From assembly GCF_963921235.1 (NCBI RefSeq), contig NC_086097.1, positions 107,076,001-107,140,000 of the forward strand: 64,000 nt of DNA, written 5' to 3'. Shown piece by piece: positions 48,575 through 60,384 of this stretch (the stretch's first letter is position 1; each line of letters opens with the position of its first letter). The notes beneath the pieces are model-generated. The model searched no databases. It was not told where the DNA came from and was given only the letters and a program-made list of their open reading frames with translations. The translations under genes were made by a program, and so were the position numbers. The stretch is from Mobula hypostoma. Taxonomy: Eukaryota.

Positions 48575-49565
48575 ACTAACACAAGGAAATCTGCAGATGC
48601 TGGAATTTTCAGCAACACACATGAAAATTGCTGGTGAACGCAGCAGGCCAGGCAGCATCTACAGTCGACAATTCAGGCCAGGACCCTTTGTCAGGGCTAA
48701 CTGAAAGAAGAGATAGTAAGAGATTTGAGAGGGGGAGGGGGAGATCCGAAATGATAGGAGAAGACAGGAGGGGGAAGGGATGGAGCTAACAGCTGGAAAG
48801 TTGATTGGCAAAAGGGGTATGAGAGGATTATGGGATGGACGGGAGGCTGAGGGAGAAAGAAAGGGGGAGGGGGGAAGCCCAGAGGATGGGCAAGGAGTAT
48901 AGTGAGAGATACAGAGGGAGAAAAAGGAGAGAGAGAAAAAATATATATATAATAATAAAACAAATAAATAACAGAAGGGGTACGAAGGGGAGGTGGGGCA
49001 TTAACAGAAGTTAGAGAAGTCAGTGTTCATGCCGTCAGGTTGGAGGCTACCCAGACAGAATATAAGGTGTCGTTCCTCCAACCTGAGTGTGGCTTCATCT
49101 TGACAGTAGAGGAGGCCGTGGATAGACATATCAGAATGGGAATGGGGCGTGGAATTAAAATGTGTGGCCACTGGGAGATCCTGCTTTCTCTGGCGGACAG
49201 AGCGTAGATGTTCAGCAAAGCGGTCTCCCAGTCTGCGTCGGGTCTCACCATTATATAGAAGGCCGCATCGGGAGCACCGGACGCAGCATATCACCCCAGC
49301 CGACTCACAGGTGAAGTGTCGCCTCACCTGGAAGGACTGTCTGGGGCCCTGAATGGTGGTGAGGGAGGAAGTGTAAGGGCATGTGTAGCACTTGTTCCAC
49401 TTGCAAGGATAAGTGCCGGGAGGGAGATCAGTGGGAAGAGATGGGGGGGGGAAACGAATGGACAAGGGAGTCACGTAGGGAGCGATCCCTGCGGAAAGCA
49501 GAGGAGGGGAGGGAAGGATGCTTAGTGGTGGGATCCAGTTGGAGCTGGCGGAAGTTATGGAGAAT
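48575..49565 (-). mobile_element. Penelope-like element 3' part with open GIY-YIG ORF (49001-49474)
   Basis: PCKWNKCYTC..HFTCESAGVICCVRCSRCGLLYNGETRRRLGDRFAEH..VATHFN..GSLQPDGMN. Confidence 0.9.
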
Positions 49566-50071
49566 AATAATAAACCTGATTCTGAAAAGGAAAAAGAAAT
49601 ACATCAAAGGTAGAAATTAAGCTATTTCCGCTGATGAACTCGAAGGAGTGCCATTGTAGCTCCGCCCTGTTCATCAAAACAGTCGACATTTTGGACTGAG
49701 AACTTTCATTGGGACCTTGAAGCTTTTCTTCTGTTGATTTGATAAGCTATTGCTTTGAGGGAGTTTGGAATAGATTATCTATTTTCCACCTGCCACTTGT
49801 GTGACTAGCTATCCGTGAACACTCATGGAGTTAGCTGAGTGGAAAGAGCTAAACCTTCCCTTGTATAGGATTGACTTGAGAAGCATCATGATCTGATTGA
49901 ATAAGATCTATCATTAGGATTGCTAGACCTTCCTTGCTTTCTGTCTTGATAATACTGTCAGAAATATTCTGACCAATACCTTTACCTATTTCAAGTTAAG
50001 TTTATTCTAGAACAAGATTTGGTTGAGATTTTCTAAAGGAGTCACTATATTTGGCAATTGGTGTGAGGTGA

Positions 50072-50755
50072 GAGAAGATGGCGGCGCAATGCAGTGCGCA
50101 CGGCCGCTCCGAATTGATATCGTATTTGTGAAGTAGGATGCCATGCACGATCCTGATTTGATGGAGACAGCCGTGAGAAGCACAGAGGAGCTTCTGGAGA
50201 AACTTCTGAAATGCCTGCTTCGCTGCCGCTGCTACTGTACAATCGAGAATCTCAGGAGGGGAAGGCCCCAAATCCTCAGCTTTGCCTATTGCCCGTTGCC
50301 GGGGCCGGGGTCGAAGCACTCGGCAGAGATGGTGCTCAGTGCTTGGTGTTGGAGAGCTGGTCGAAGACTCGAAGTTTTCGGATGGACTCGGAGTTGGACT
50401 GTGGTCAGGTGCTTCCGGGATGCTGCCTCAGCAAGTTTGCAGCGCTGGAAGCTCATGGCAGGAAGAGTTTTCTTCCTTCAACCATCTGCGTAAGATGATG
50501 GGACTTTCGAGAGACTTTGAGAATTTTTTTTTACCATGCCCATGGTCTGTTCTTCTATCAAATTACGGTATTGCTTGCACTGTTGTAACTATATGTTATA
50601 ATTATGTGGTTTTTGTCAGTTTTTTTTAGTCTTGGTTTGTCTTGTGTTTCTGTGATAGCATTCTGGAGGAACAAATTGTATCATTTCTTAAAGCATGCAT
50701 TACTAAATGATGATAAAAGAAGAACGCGTGCTCTCATAATCTTATCTAATCTAAT
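50072..50755 (+). mobile_element. ~680-bp non-autonomous retroposon, copy 2
   Basis: AAGATGGCGGCG start and (ATCTA)n tail; collinear with 43930-44610. Confidence 0.85.
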
Positions 50756-50884
50756 TGCAGAGCAGGCTAACTAATGGTTAGCAAGGAAAATAGGTTCCGT
50801 CAATACTTATGAGCTATCCACCAGACAGTGCAAATCAATGCAAAATCCTCCCCACTGAATGCTTTCTCTAGATCAGTGGGGATC

Positions 50885-52020
50885 AAGGGGCTTCCCTTCT
50901 TCCACCATCAATGCTGCCCTCAACTGCATCTCTTCCATTTCACTCATGTCTGCCCTCACCCCTTCGTCCCATCACCCCACCAAGGATAGAGTTCCTCTTG
51001 TCCTCACCTACCACCCCACCAGCCATCGTGTCCAGCACATAATTCTCTGTAAATTCCATCATCTCCAGTGGGATCCCACCACCAAGCACATCTTTCCCTC
51101 CCTCACTGCCACCCCCCACTTTCTGCTTTCTGCAGGGATCACTCCTTACACAACTCCCTTGTTCATTCGTCCCTCCCCACTGATTTCCCTCCTGGCACTT
51201 ATCCTTGGAAGTGGAACAAGTGCTACACCTACCCCTACACCACCTCTCTCACTACCATTCAGGGCCCTAAACAGTCCTTCCAGGTGAGGTGACACTTCTC
51301 CTGTGATTCTGTTGGGGTCATCTACTTTATCCAGTGCGCCCAGTGTACCCGCCTGTCTGTCAGTGAGACCCAACACAGATTGGGAGACCACTTCATCAAG
51401 CACCTACACTCCATCTGCCAGAAGAAGTGAGATCTGCCAGTAGCCTCCCATTTTAATTCCACTACCCCTTCCCATTCTGACATTTCAGTCTATGACTTCC
51501 TCTACTGTCGTGATGAGACCACACTCAAGTTAGAAGAGCAACACGTTATATTCCGTTTGTGAAGCCTCCAACCTGATGGCATGAGCACTGATTTCTCGAA
51601 CTTCCAGTAATTGCTCCCCCTTCACCATTCCCCATTCCCATTTCCCTCTCTCACCTTATCTCCATACCTGCCTGTCACCTCCCTCTGGTGCACCACCCCC
51701 TTTTCTTTCTTTCATGGCCTTCTGCCCTCTCCATCAGATTCCCCCTTCTCCGGTCCTGTATCTCTTTTGCCAATCAACTTCCTAGCTCTTTACTTCACCC
51801 CTCTCCCCCCTCCTGGTTTCACCTACCACCTCGCAGTTCTTCCTCCCCTCTCCCCTCTTTCTTATTCTGACTCCTCATCTTTTTTTATGTCCTGATGAAA
51901 GGTCTCAGAACAAAATATCAGCTGTACTCTTTTCCATAGATGCTGCCTGGCCTGCTCAGTTCCTCCAGCATTTTGTGTGTGTTGCTTGGATTTCCAGCAT
52001 GTGCAGATTTTTTTTGTTTA
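50885..52020 (+). mobile_element. Penelope-like element 3' part, decayed
   Basis: RVPLVLTYHPT, PPGTYPWKWNKCYTYPY, TTIQGPKQSFQVR; CTGATGA-containing 3' repeat at 51892. Confidence 0.88.
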
Positions 52021-52274
52021 TGATTGGATTATTATTAAACTATTAAACAGTTTTAAACTGCATGGAAGTAGGTGCAGAGGAAGTGTCAGGGGTAAGTTTT
52101 TTACGCAGAGTGGTGAGTGCGTGGAATGGGCTGGCAGCGACGGTGGTGGTGGTGGAGGTGGATATGATAGGGTCTTTTAAGACCATAAGACGACAAGACA
52201 AAGGAGCAGACGTTGGCCATTCAGCCCATCGAGTCTGCTCCACCATTTTATCATGAGCTGATCCATTCTCCCAT

Positions 52275-55040
52275 TTAGTCCCTCTCCCCCGCCTTTTCAC
52301 CATAACCTTTGATGCCCTGGCTACTCAGATACCTATCAATCTCTGCCTTGAATACACCCAATGACTTGGCCTCCACTGCTGCCCGTGGTAACAAATTCCA
52401 TAGATTCACCACCCTCTGGCTAAAAAAATTTCTTCGCATTTCTGTTCTGAATGGGCGCCATTCAATCCTTAAGTCATGCCCTCTCGTACTAGACTCCCCC
52501 CTCATGGGAAACAACATTGCCACATCCACTCTGTCCATGCCTTTCAACATTCGAAATGTTTCTATAAGGTCTCCCCTCATTCTTCGAAACTCCAAGGAAT
52601 ACAGTCCATGAGCGGACAAACATTCATCATATGTTAACCCTCTCATTCCTGGAATCATTCTGGTGAATCTTCTCTGTACCCTCTCCAACGTCAGCACATC
52701 CTTTCTTAAATAAGGAGACCAAAACTGCCCACAGTACTCCAAGTGAAGTCTCACCAGCGCCTTATAGAGCCTCAACATCACATCCCTGCTCCTATACTCT
52801 ATTCTTCTAGAAATGAATGCCAACATTGCATTCGCCTTCTTCACTACTGACTCAACCTGGAGGTTAACCTTAAGGGTATCTTGTACAAGAACTCCCAAGT
52901 CCCGTTGCATCTCAGAACTTTGAATTCTTTCCCCATTTAAATAAGAGTCTGCCCATTTATTACTTCTGCCAAAGTGCATAACCATAGACTTTCTAAAATT
53001 GTACTTCATTTGCCACTTCTTTGCCCATTCTTCCAATCTATCCAAGTCTCTCTACAGATTCTCCATTTCCTCAGCACTACCGGCCCCTCCACCTATCTTC
53101 GTATCATCAGTAATCTTAGCCACAAAGCCATCTATTCCATAATTCAAATCGTTGATGTACAATGTAAAAAGAAGTGGCCCCAACACGGACCCCTGTGGAA
53201 CACCACTGGTAACCGGCAGTCAACCAGAATAGGATCCTTTTATTCCCACTCTCTGTTTCCTGCCAATCAGCCAATGCTCTATCCACATATGTAACTTTCC
53301 CATAATTCCATGGGCTCTTTTCTTGTTAAGTAGCCTCATGTGTGGCACCTTGTCAAAGGCCTTCTGAAAATCCAAATATACAACATCACTGCATCTCCCT
53401 TGTCTAGCCTACTGGTAATTTCCTCAAAAAATTGTAATAGGTCTGTCAGGCAGGATTTTCCTTTAAGGAATCCATGCTGAGTTCTGCCTATCTTGTGATA
53501 TGCCTCCAGGTACTCTGTAACCTCATCCTTGACAATCGACTCCAACAACTTCCCAACCACCGACGTCAAGCTAACAGGTCTATAATTTCCTTTTTGCTTC
53601 CTTGCCCCCTTCTTAAATAGCGGAGTGACATTTGCAATCTTCCAGTCCTCCGGAACCATGCCAGAATCTATCGACTTTTGAAAGATCTTCGCTAATGCCT
53701 CCGCAATCTCCACAGCTACTTCCTTTAGAACTCGCGGGTGCATTCCATCTGGTCCAGGTGATCTACTTACCTTTAGACTATTCATCTTCCTGAGTACTTC
53801 CTCTGTTGTAATTGTGACTGCGCACATTTCTCTTCCCTGCCACCCTTGAGTGTCCGGTATACTGCTGATGTCTTCCTCAGTGAAGACTGATGCAAAATAC
53901 TCGTTCAGTTCCTCTGCCATCTCCTTATCTCCCATTACAATTTCTCCAGCATCATTTTCTATCGGTCCTATATCTACTCTCACCTGTCTTTTACTCTTTA
54001 TATACTTGAAAAAGCTTTTAGTACCCTCTTTGATATTATTTGCTAGCTTCCTTTCATAGTTAATCTTTTCTCTCTTAATGACCTTCTTAGTTTCCTTTTG
54101 TGAGGTTTTAAAAACTTCCCAATCCTCTGTCTTCCCACTAATTTTTGCTTCCTTGTATGCCCTCTCCTTTGCTTTAACTTTGGCTTTGACTTCTCTTGTC
54201 AACCACGGTTGCATCCTTTTTCCATTCGAAAATTTCTTCTTTTCTGGAATATACCTGTCTTGCACCTTCCTCACTTCTCGCATAAACTCCAGCCACTGCT
54301 CTGCCGTCTTTCCCGCCAGTGTCCCTTTCCAGTCAACTTTGGCCAGTTCCTCTCTCATGCCACTGTAATTTCCTTTGCTCCACTAAAATACCGACACATC
54401 AGATTTCGGCTTCTCTTTTTCAAATGTCACAGTGAACTCAATCATGTTATGATCACTGCCTCCTAAGGGTTCTTTCACCTCAATCTCTCTAATCACCTCC
54501 GGTTCATTACACAATACCCAGTCCAGTACAGCCGATCCCCTAGTGGGCTCAACAACAAGCTGTTCTAAAAAGCCATCTCGCAGACATTCTACAAATTCTC
54601 TCTCTTGAGATCCAGTGCTGACCTGATTTTCCCAGTCCACTCACATGTTAAAATCCCCCACAATTATCATAACACTGCCCTTCTGACAAGCCTTTTTCTA
54701 TTTCCTTTTGTAATTTGTAGTCCACATACCTGCAGCTGTATGGAGGCCTATAAATAACTGCCATCAGGGTCCTTTTACCCTTGCTATTTCTTAGCTCAAC
54801 CCATAAAGATTCTGCACCTTTCAATCCTATATCACCTCTTTCTAATGATTTAATATGATTTCTTACCAATAAAGCCACGCCTCCCCCTCTGCCTACCCTC
54901 CTATCCTTCTGATACACTATGTATCCTTGGACGTTCAGCTCCCAGAGACATGCATCCTTTAGCTACGTCTCAGTGATGGCCACAATATCATACCTGCCAA
55001 TCTGTAGCTGTACGACAAGATAATCCACTTTATTCCTTAT
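52275..55040 (-). pseudogene. CR1 ORF2 (APE endonuclease + reverse transcriptase), disrupted
   Basis: Fragments DRRVGRGGGVALLV, IYRPP, LGGSDHNMIEF, YRPVSLTSVVGKLLE, QHGFLKGKSCLT, LYKALVRLHLEYC, split by stops and frameshifts. Confidence 0.9.
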
Positions 55041-55234
55041 GCTGTGTGCATAACACCTTAAGACCAGTATTTGGTTCTTTTCGCTTTGATTTCACTGCAA
55101 CTCATCCCAATGGCTACATATTTGCCCCATCACCTGCTTGTCTTTCCTGACATCTTTACTGCTCACTATCTTAGAATTATTTCTGTTTTCCCCTTCCTCC
55201 GCTCTGTCATTCCGGTTCCCATCCCCCTGCCAAA

Positions 55235-56221
55235 TTAGTTTAAACCCTCCCTAACAGCTCTATTAAACTTTCCCGCCAGGATATTGGTCCCCTTCGGGTT
55301 CTGGTGTAACCCGTCCTTTTTGAACAGGTCATACTTCCCCCAGAAGAGATCCCAATTATCCAAGAATCTGAAGCCCTGCCCCCTGCACCAGTCTCTCAGC
55401 CACACATTCATCCGCCTGATCCGACTATTCTTGCCCTCACTAGCACGTGGCACAGATAGCAATCCCAAGATTACTACCCTGGAGGTCCTGCTTCTCAACT
55501 TCCTTCCTAACTGCTGGAAATCTCTCTTCAGGACCTCCTCCTTTGTCCTATCTATGTCATTGGTACCAACGTGTACCAAGACAACTGGCTGCTCACCCTC
55601 CCCCCTCAGAATATTCAGGACCCGATCCGAGACGTCCCGTACCCTGGCACCTGGGAGGCAACACACCATGCGGGTATCTCTGTCAGGCTCACAGAATCTC
55701 CTGTCCGTTCCCCTGACTATGGAATCCCCTACGACTCCCGTGTTCCTCTTCTCCCTCCTTCTCTCCTGCACAACAGCGCCAGGCTCAGTGCCAGAGACCC
55801 GGTCATCGTGGGTGTCCCCTGTCAGGTCATCCCCCTCAACAGCATCCAGAACAAGATATTTGTTGCTGAGGGGGACAGCCACAGGTGTACTCTCCACTAT
55901 CCGGGCATTTCCCTTCCTTCTCTTGACAGTGACCCAGTTTTCTGACTCCTGTAGCCTAGGGATGACTATCTCCCTGTAGCTCCTGTCTATCACCTCTTCA
56001 CTTTCCCTGATAAGCAGTAGGTCATCAAGCTGCAGTTCCAGATCCCTAACACGGTCTCTGAGGAGCTGCATCTCGGTGCACCTGGCGCAGATGTGGCCAT
56101 CAGGGAGGCTGGAGGTCTCCCAGGATTCCCACATCTGACACCTTGAACAAAGCGCTAACCCTGCAGGCATGCTATCTAATTCTACAGGAATGAAACAGGA
56201 ATAATAAGTCTGCTCACCCAT
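55235..56221 (-). CDS. CR1 ORF1p: zinc finger/leucine zipper plus SGNH esterase domain
   Basis: Uninterrupted 328 aa with CSRC..CARC, a heptad repeat LRDRVRDLELQLDDL, and SGNH blocks VVGDSI, PGA, HVGTND, DGLH. Confidence 0.9.
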   Translation of the reverse strand: MGEQTYYSCFIPVELDSMPAGLALCSRCQMWESWETSSLPDGHICARCTEMQLLRDRVRDLELQLDDLLLIRESEEVIDRSYREIVIPRLQESENWVTVKRRKGNARIVESTPVAVPLSNKYLVLDAVEGDDLTGDTHDDRVSGTEPGAVVQERRREKRNTGVVGDSIVRGTDRRFCEPDRDTRMVCCLPGARVRDVSDRVLNILRGEGEQPVVLVHVGTNDIDRTKEEVLKRDFQQLGRKLRSRTSRVVILGLLSVPRASEGKNSRIRRMNVWLRDWCRGQGFRFLDNWDLFWGKYDLFKKDGLHQNPKGTNILAGKFNRAVREGLN

Positions 56222-57068
56222 TTACCTCGCCAAACAGACAAACTTTTTAAACCGTTAGCTCGTACCATTAGCTGTGTGAGACCTGCTGTTCCTGTCTGTC
56301 CGGGCCGATTTGCGAAGGGGTGGGGAAAGAAAAAAAGAGTTGGTGCTTCACTCTCATCTCTTTCCGTTTACTGCCGAAGCGACTCCTGGACATGGAGCTC
56401 AGAAAAATAGAGGGCTATGGGTAACCCTAGGTCATTTCTAAGGTAACAACACGTTCATCACAGCTTTGTGAGCTGAAGGGCCTGTATTGTGCTGTAGGTT
56501 TTCTATGTTTCTATGTAAGAACTTTGAGCAAGGATTGAACCATAGTACCATTTAGGTTCATTGTGCAAAAAGGCAGGAAGTAATTAAATCTCAGTATTAA
56601 TTCTTCCCCCAACAGAGCTGAGTTGTTCTTAATATTGTACCATTGATTGTATTCACTGAATATTAGAGAAGTTTGTACAGTCTTTATTCAATACTCAGTG
56701 TATTACCAGGAGTACAAATAAAATTTAACTAGTAATCTGAAAATCAAGATGTCAAAAGTAATAATGACCCCTTTGGTTTATTAATGACTTCTGGTGATAA
56801 AGTTTGCCATCAGTGGATAGTCTGGTCTGTACACAATTCCAGACAGTTCTCATTTAACTACTAGCTAAAGTGCACCACCCTGTCATTTTGTAATTGCTGT
56901 AATTGGAAAGAAGAAACAGCCAGAACACCTAACAACAAGGCAGGCACTGAATTCACGTGTATCTTCTTGGGATCTTATCCCATTTCTTCCTATGCTGTTG
57001 ATTTCTGTTGGGTCAAAATTTGCAGAATGTATCACAGAGATATAATGCGGTTGAATCAAACTTAGAAC

Positions 57069-57397
57069 CGTTAGGTTCGTCTATCGTTCCATCGAGGAAG
57101 ACCTCGACACCATTTATGGTGTCAAGACTAGCATTTGATTTGGATTTAAGTGAAGGAGAGTTGTGCAGCGTCAGCCTCACTCTCTCTTCCCAATTCCCAT
57201 CTGGATCCAGTTGCAAGACAAGAGTCGAGACGGCTGGAGGTGAGACTAGGCGCAGTGGATGACCAGGACGTCTTCTGTGTCTTGTCGTGCTCTACATGTT
57301 CTACGACTCTTGCAGAGACTTCCTTCTTGACCGTTGGACCTTACATTGGTCTCGTCCACTCAATCCGCCAGAGTCTGACTTCACATGCGGGATAGAC
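57069..57397 (-). mobile_element. RTE-related SINE with 10-bp TSD
   Basis: TSD AACTTAGAAC at 57059-57068 and 57398-57407. TTGGATTTAAGTGA..CAGCCTCACTCTCTC..CCATCTGG motif recalled from RTE-derived elements; internal hairpin GACACCAT-TT-ATGGTGTC. Confidence 0.75.
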
Positions 57398-57465
57398 AAC
57401 TTAGAACTAATAGTAGAGACAAAATGAGATCTTTTCAGGAGAGTCTTAAGAAGAAGCAAGGTGTT

Positions 57466-57790
57466 TTCCAGTGAAATAAGTCTTATTTCATCTATTTTGT
57501 TGGTTTCTGTCTGGACCACAACTGCATACTCCTTTGCTTTGCATTGAAGTCAATTCCAAAGTACAGGACAGAATAATGTGACAAGTATGGACGTTAAGTC
57601 CAGCATGGAGATAGTTGAGATGCCAAATTCCAGTTCCATAAGTCTTATTATATTTATTTTCTTAGTTTCTACTTGGAGCACAATAGCATGTTCCTTTGGT
57701 TTGCATAGAAGTAAATCCCAAGGTGCAGGACAGAAATACAATGTAACAAACATGGATGTTACATCTAAAACGGAGATAGCTGAGGTAATC
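57466..57790. repeat. Diverged 162-bp tandem dimer
   Basis: TTCCAGT..ATAAGTCTTATT (57476 and 57638)..CCTTTG..TTGCAT..CAGGACAGAA..ATGGA..GGAGATAG recurs with a 162-nt offset. Confidence 0.8.
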
Positions 57791-58854
57791 AATAGAGATG
57801 AATTTAAAATATGTCTTGAAGAAGAGAAATACACAAAGACAAAAACAATCTTCCAAGCTGGTGCAAAGGAAAGAAGCACGAGGCAATTGTTGAAAGGAGG
57901 AGGATTTTGATGGGATTATAGAATTAGGGAATGTAACATACCAAGTCTGTGGTAAGATTAAACATGAAGATGATAATTGAGTATGGATCAATATGTTTGA
58001 GACTGTGAAAATGAAGAATATTTCATGTAATTGGATTGAGAGTGATGATTACCAGATAGAGAGAGATCTAACTATAAAGGATGTTGAGAAGGAAATGTGT
58101 AGAACTAATTCTAGGTGAGTTCATGCAAACTACTACAATTTGGAATGATGAACCTAATTATGAATAACTCAGAGTGAGATCACTGGCTTGTCTGAAAACA
58201 AGTCCCTGAATTTAAGGTAACAAACTTGGACTGAAGAACTAAACTACCATTTGGGAGCAAGCAACATTTGAAGAAAAATGTAAGGAAGTTCAACTCAACG
58301 AATTAAGGTTTCAGCCATTTATATCCAGATTTACTAAACATGGCAGATGACATTGTATTAGCATAAATCTATAATTAATATTTGATTTTTAAAATGGTTT
58401 ATATTCTATAGTATAATTGAGAAATTTCCAACTGAGGAAGAAAATTCAAGATTCTAATTCAAATTAACATGAACAGAGCTCTTGTGAACATTTTTAAACT
58501 TCTCTGTACAGAACTACTTCATTATTCAGAATTTGTTGCTTTTAAAAATGATATGTTTGCTCAGCTTATTGCAGCATTTGTATGTGTTACTTAAACCATA
58601 TTGCTTTTAATTTAACGTACTGTATATATTCAAAGAAATGAATGATTCTAATGAGGGTTGGGGAGGAATTCTAATACTTAATAACACATGCGAGACAATA
58701 CAATTTTGAGGTTAGTAATTGTACCACCACATTTGAACTTTGCTCAGATATGGATGCTATATTTTATTTTTCCTGGCTGGATAAATGTATAATGCAACTG
58801 TGTAATTAACAATTTCTATAAACATAATTGACTTTAAGAAGTATATAATTCAAA

Positions 58855-59161
58855 TTTTTTCCTGGGGCTGAAATGGTTGCCACAAGAGGACACAGGTTTA
58901 AGGTGCTGGGGAGGAGGTACAGAGGAGATGTCAGGGGTAAGTATCTTACACAGAGAGTCGTGGGTACGTGGAATGGTCTGCTGGAAACGGTGGTGGAGGT
59001 GGATACGATAGGGTCTTTTAAGAGACTTTTGGATAGGTACATGAAGCTTAGAAAAATAGAGGGCTATGGGTAAGCCTAGTAATTTCTAAGGTAGGGACAT
59101 GTTCGGCACAACTTTGTAGGCCGAAAGGCCTGTATTGTGCTGTAGGTTTTCTATGTTTCTA
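58855..59161 (+). mobile_element. CR1 3' fragment
   Basis: TRGHRFKV..TQRVVGTWNGL..SFKRLLDRYM; tail TTCTATGTTTCTA. Confidence 0.88.
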
Positions 59162-59559
59162 AATACAACTGTTCCAATGATTGCATTTCTTTCTCATCTA
59201 TGTTTTTCATCAAAATAGAAATATGTCCTTCCTAATAGTTCAATGGGTAAATTAATAATATCAACTTTAAACACAGAATTAAATTTTTTAAAACAAAATG
59301 ATTGTTGCCCACAAAAGCTATGTTTGTGGTGTGGTACAGTTAAACTAAATAATTTCCTTTTTAGAATTCAACAGTGCCAAAGGAAGTTCAGGTCAATCAA
59401 CAGTTGTCTCCATTTATCTGCTTTCTCTGAGACTATTTCAATTTTTTTTTAAAAGATGCTTTCATTGACATTTTACCTGAAAAGAGATATTTGAACTTTT
59501 TCATCATTCTTCACGTCATTTGGAAAAAGTGGTTCAGAAAGGAGCATTTTCCTTGTCTT

Positions 59560-60170
59560 AAAAATAGAAAACTCTGCAACCCCTCAGCAGGTCACCATGA
59601 ATCTTATCTATGGACAGAGAAATGGAGTCAACATTTTAGGTTAGAGACCTTCATCGGGATAGGCATTCCTGGAAGAGGAGTGGCAGTGAATTCAACAGGT
59701 AAATGAAAGAAGAACTACAGGTGCTGGAAGTGTAAAACAAAAACAGAAATTGTCAGCAACGCTCAGGACGTCTGGCTGCTTCTCTGTTGCATTTCTACCC
59801 TTCCATCTCTTTGTCACTATCCTAACCTGTATCCATTTTCACTTGCCAGTTCTTACTCTCACCCCTTCTCTTCAGTTCTGTATGCTATTTCCTCTCTACT
59901 TATTCAGTCCATATGAAGGATCTTGAGCCAAAATGTCAACTGTCCATTTCCCTCCACAGATCCTACCTAGCCCATTGAGTTCCTCTAGGAGGTTGTATTT
60001 TTTTTGCTCCAGATTCCAGCTTCTGCAGTCTTTGTGATGGACCTTGACAAATGTCTCCAATCTGAAACTTTGATTGTGTTTTTCTTCAGACAAATGTGTC
60101 CTGATTAACTGAGCATTTCCATCATTTTCAGTTATTATTTTAGATTTCCACCATCTGCAGTTTTATTGGG
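59560..60170. mobile_element. Cluster of inverted Penelope-like terminal repeats
   Basis: Two antisense copies (~59560-59660, ~59715-59780) and two sense copies (~59905-60030, ~60040-60165) of the PLE 3' repeat. Confidence 0.55.
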
Positions 60171-60384
60171 TTTCACCTTTTTAGGTTGACATAAAACAAA
60201 TTGCTCAGAAATCCTGATGGGCTGACATTTGGCTCACTGCACACTGCTTCCTGCAGCCCTTTAATTCAATGGATACTTATTTCTGGCACCGTTTTCACTC
60301 ACTTCATTCTGTTTGCCATTATATTTTTGAACTCATTGGGACCATATTTTCCAAACTTCTTTGATTCTCCTTCCAGTAGTGCTT

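Larger units (their letters stand above)
52181..56380 (-). mobile_element. Near-full-length CR1 LINE inserted into an older CR1 3' fragment
   Basis: 5' UTR, ORF1, APE-RT ORF2 and a (TCTTATGG)-type tail. The flanks 52045-52180 and 56381-56516 join into one plus-strand CR1 3' end like that at 58855-59161. Confidence 0.93.

Noticed and set aside
49632..49669. Hairpin TGATGAAC..GTTCATCA
   Set aside because: An 8-bp stem among TE debris, compatible with chance.
55284..55979. 231-aa plus-strand ORF and other long antisense ORFs over LINEs
   Set aside because: Shadow frames of CR1, RTE and Rex1 coding sequence.
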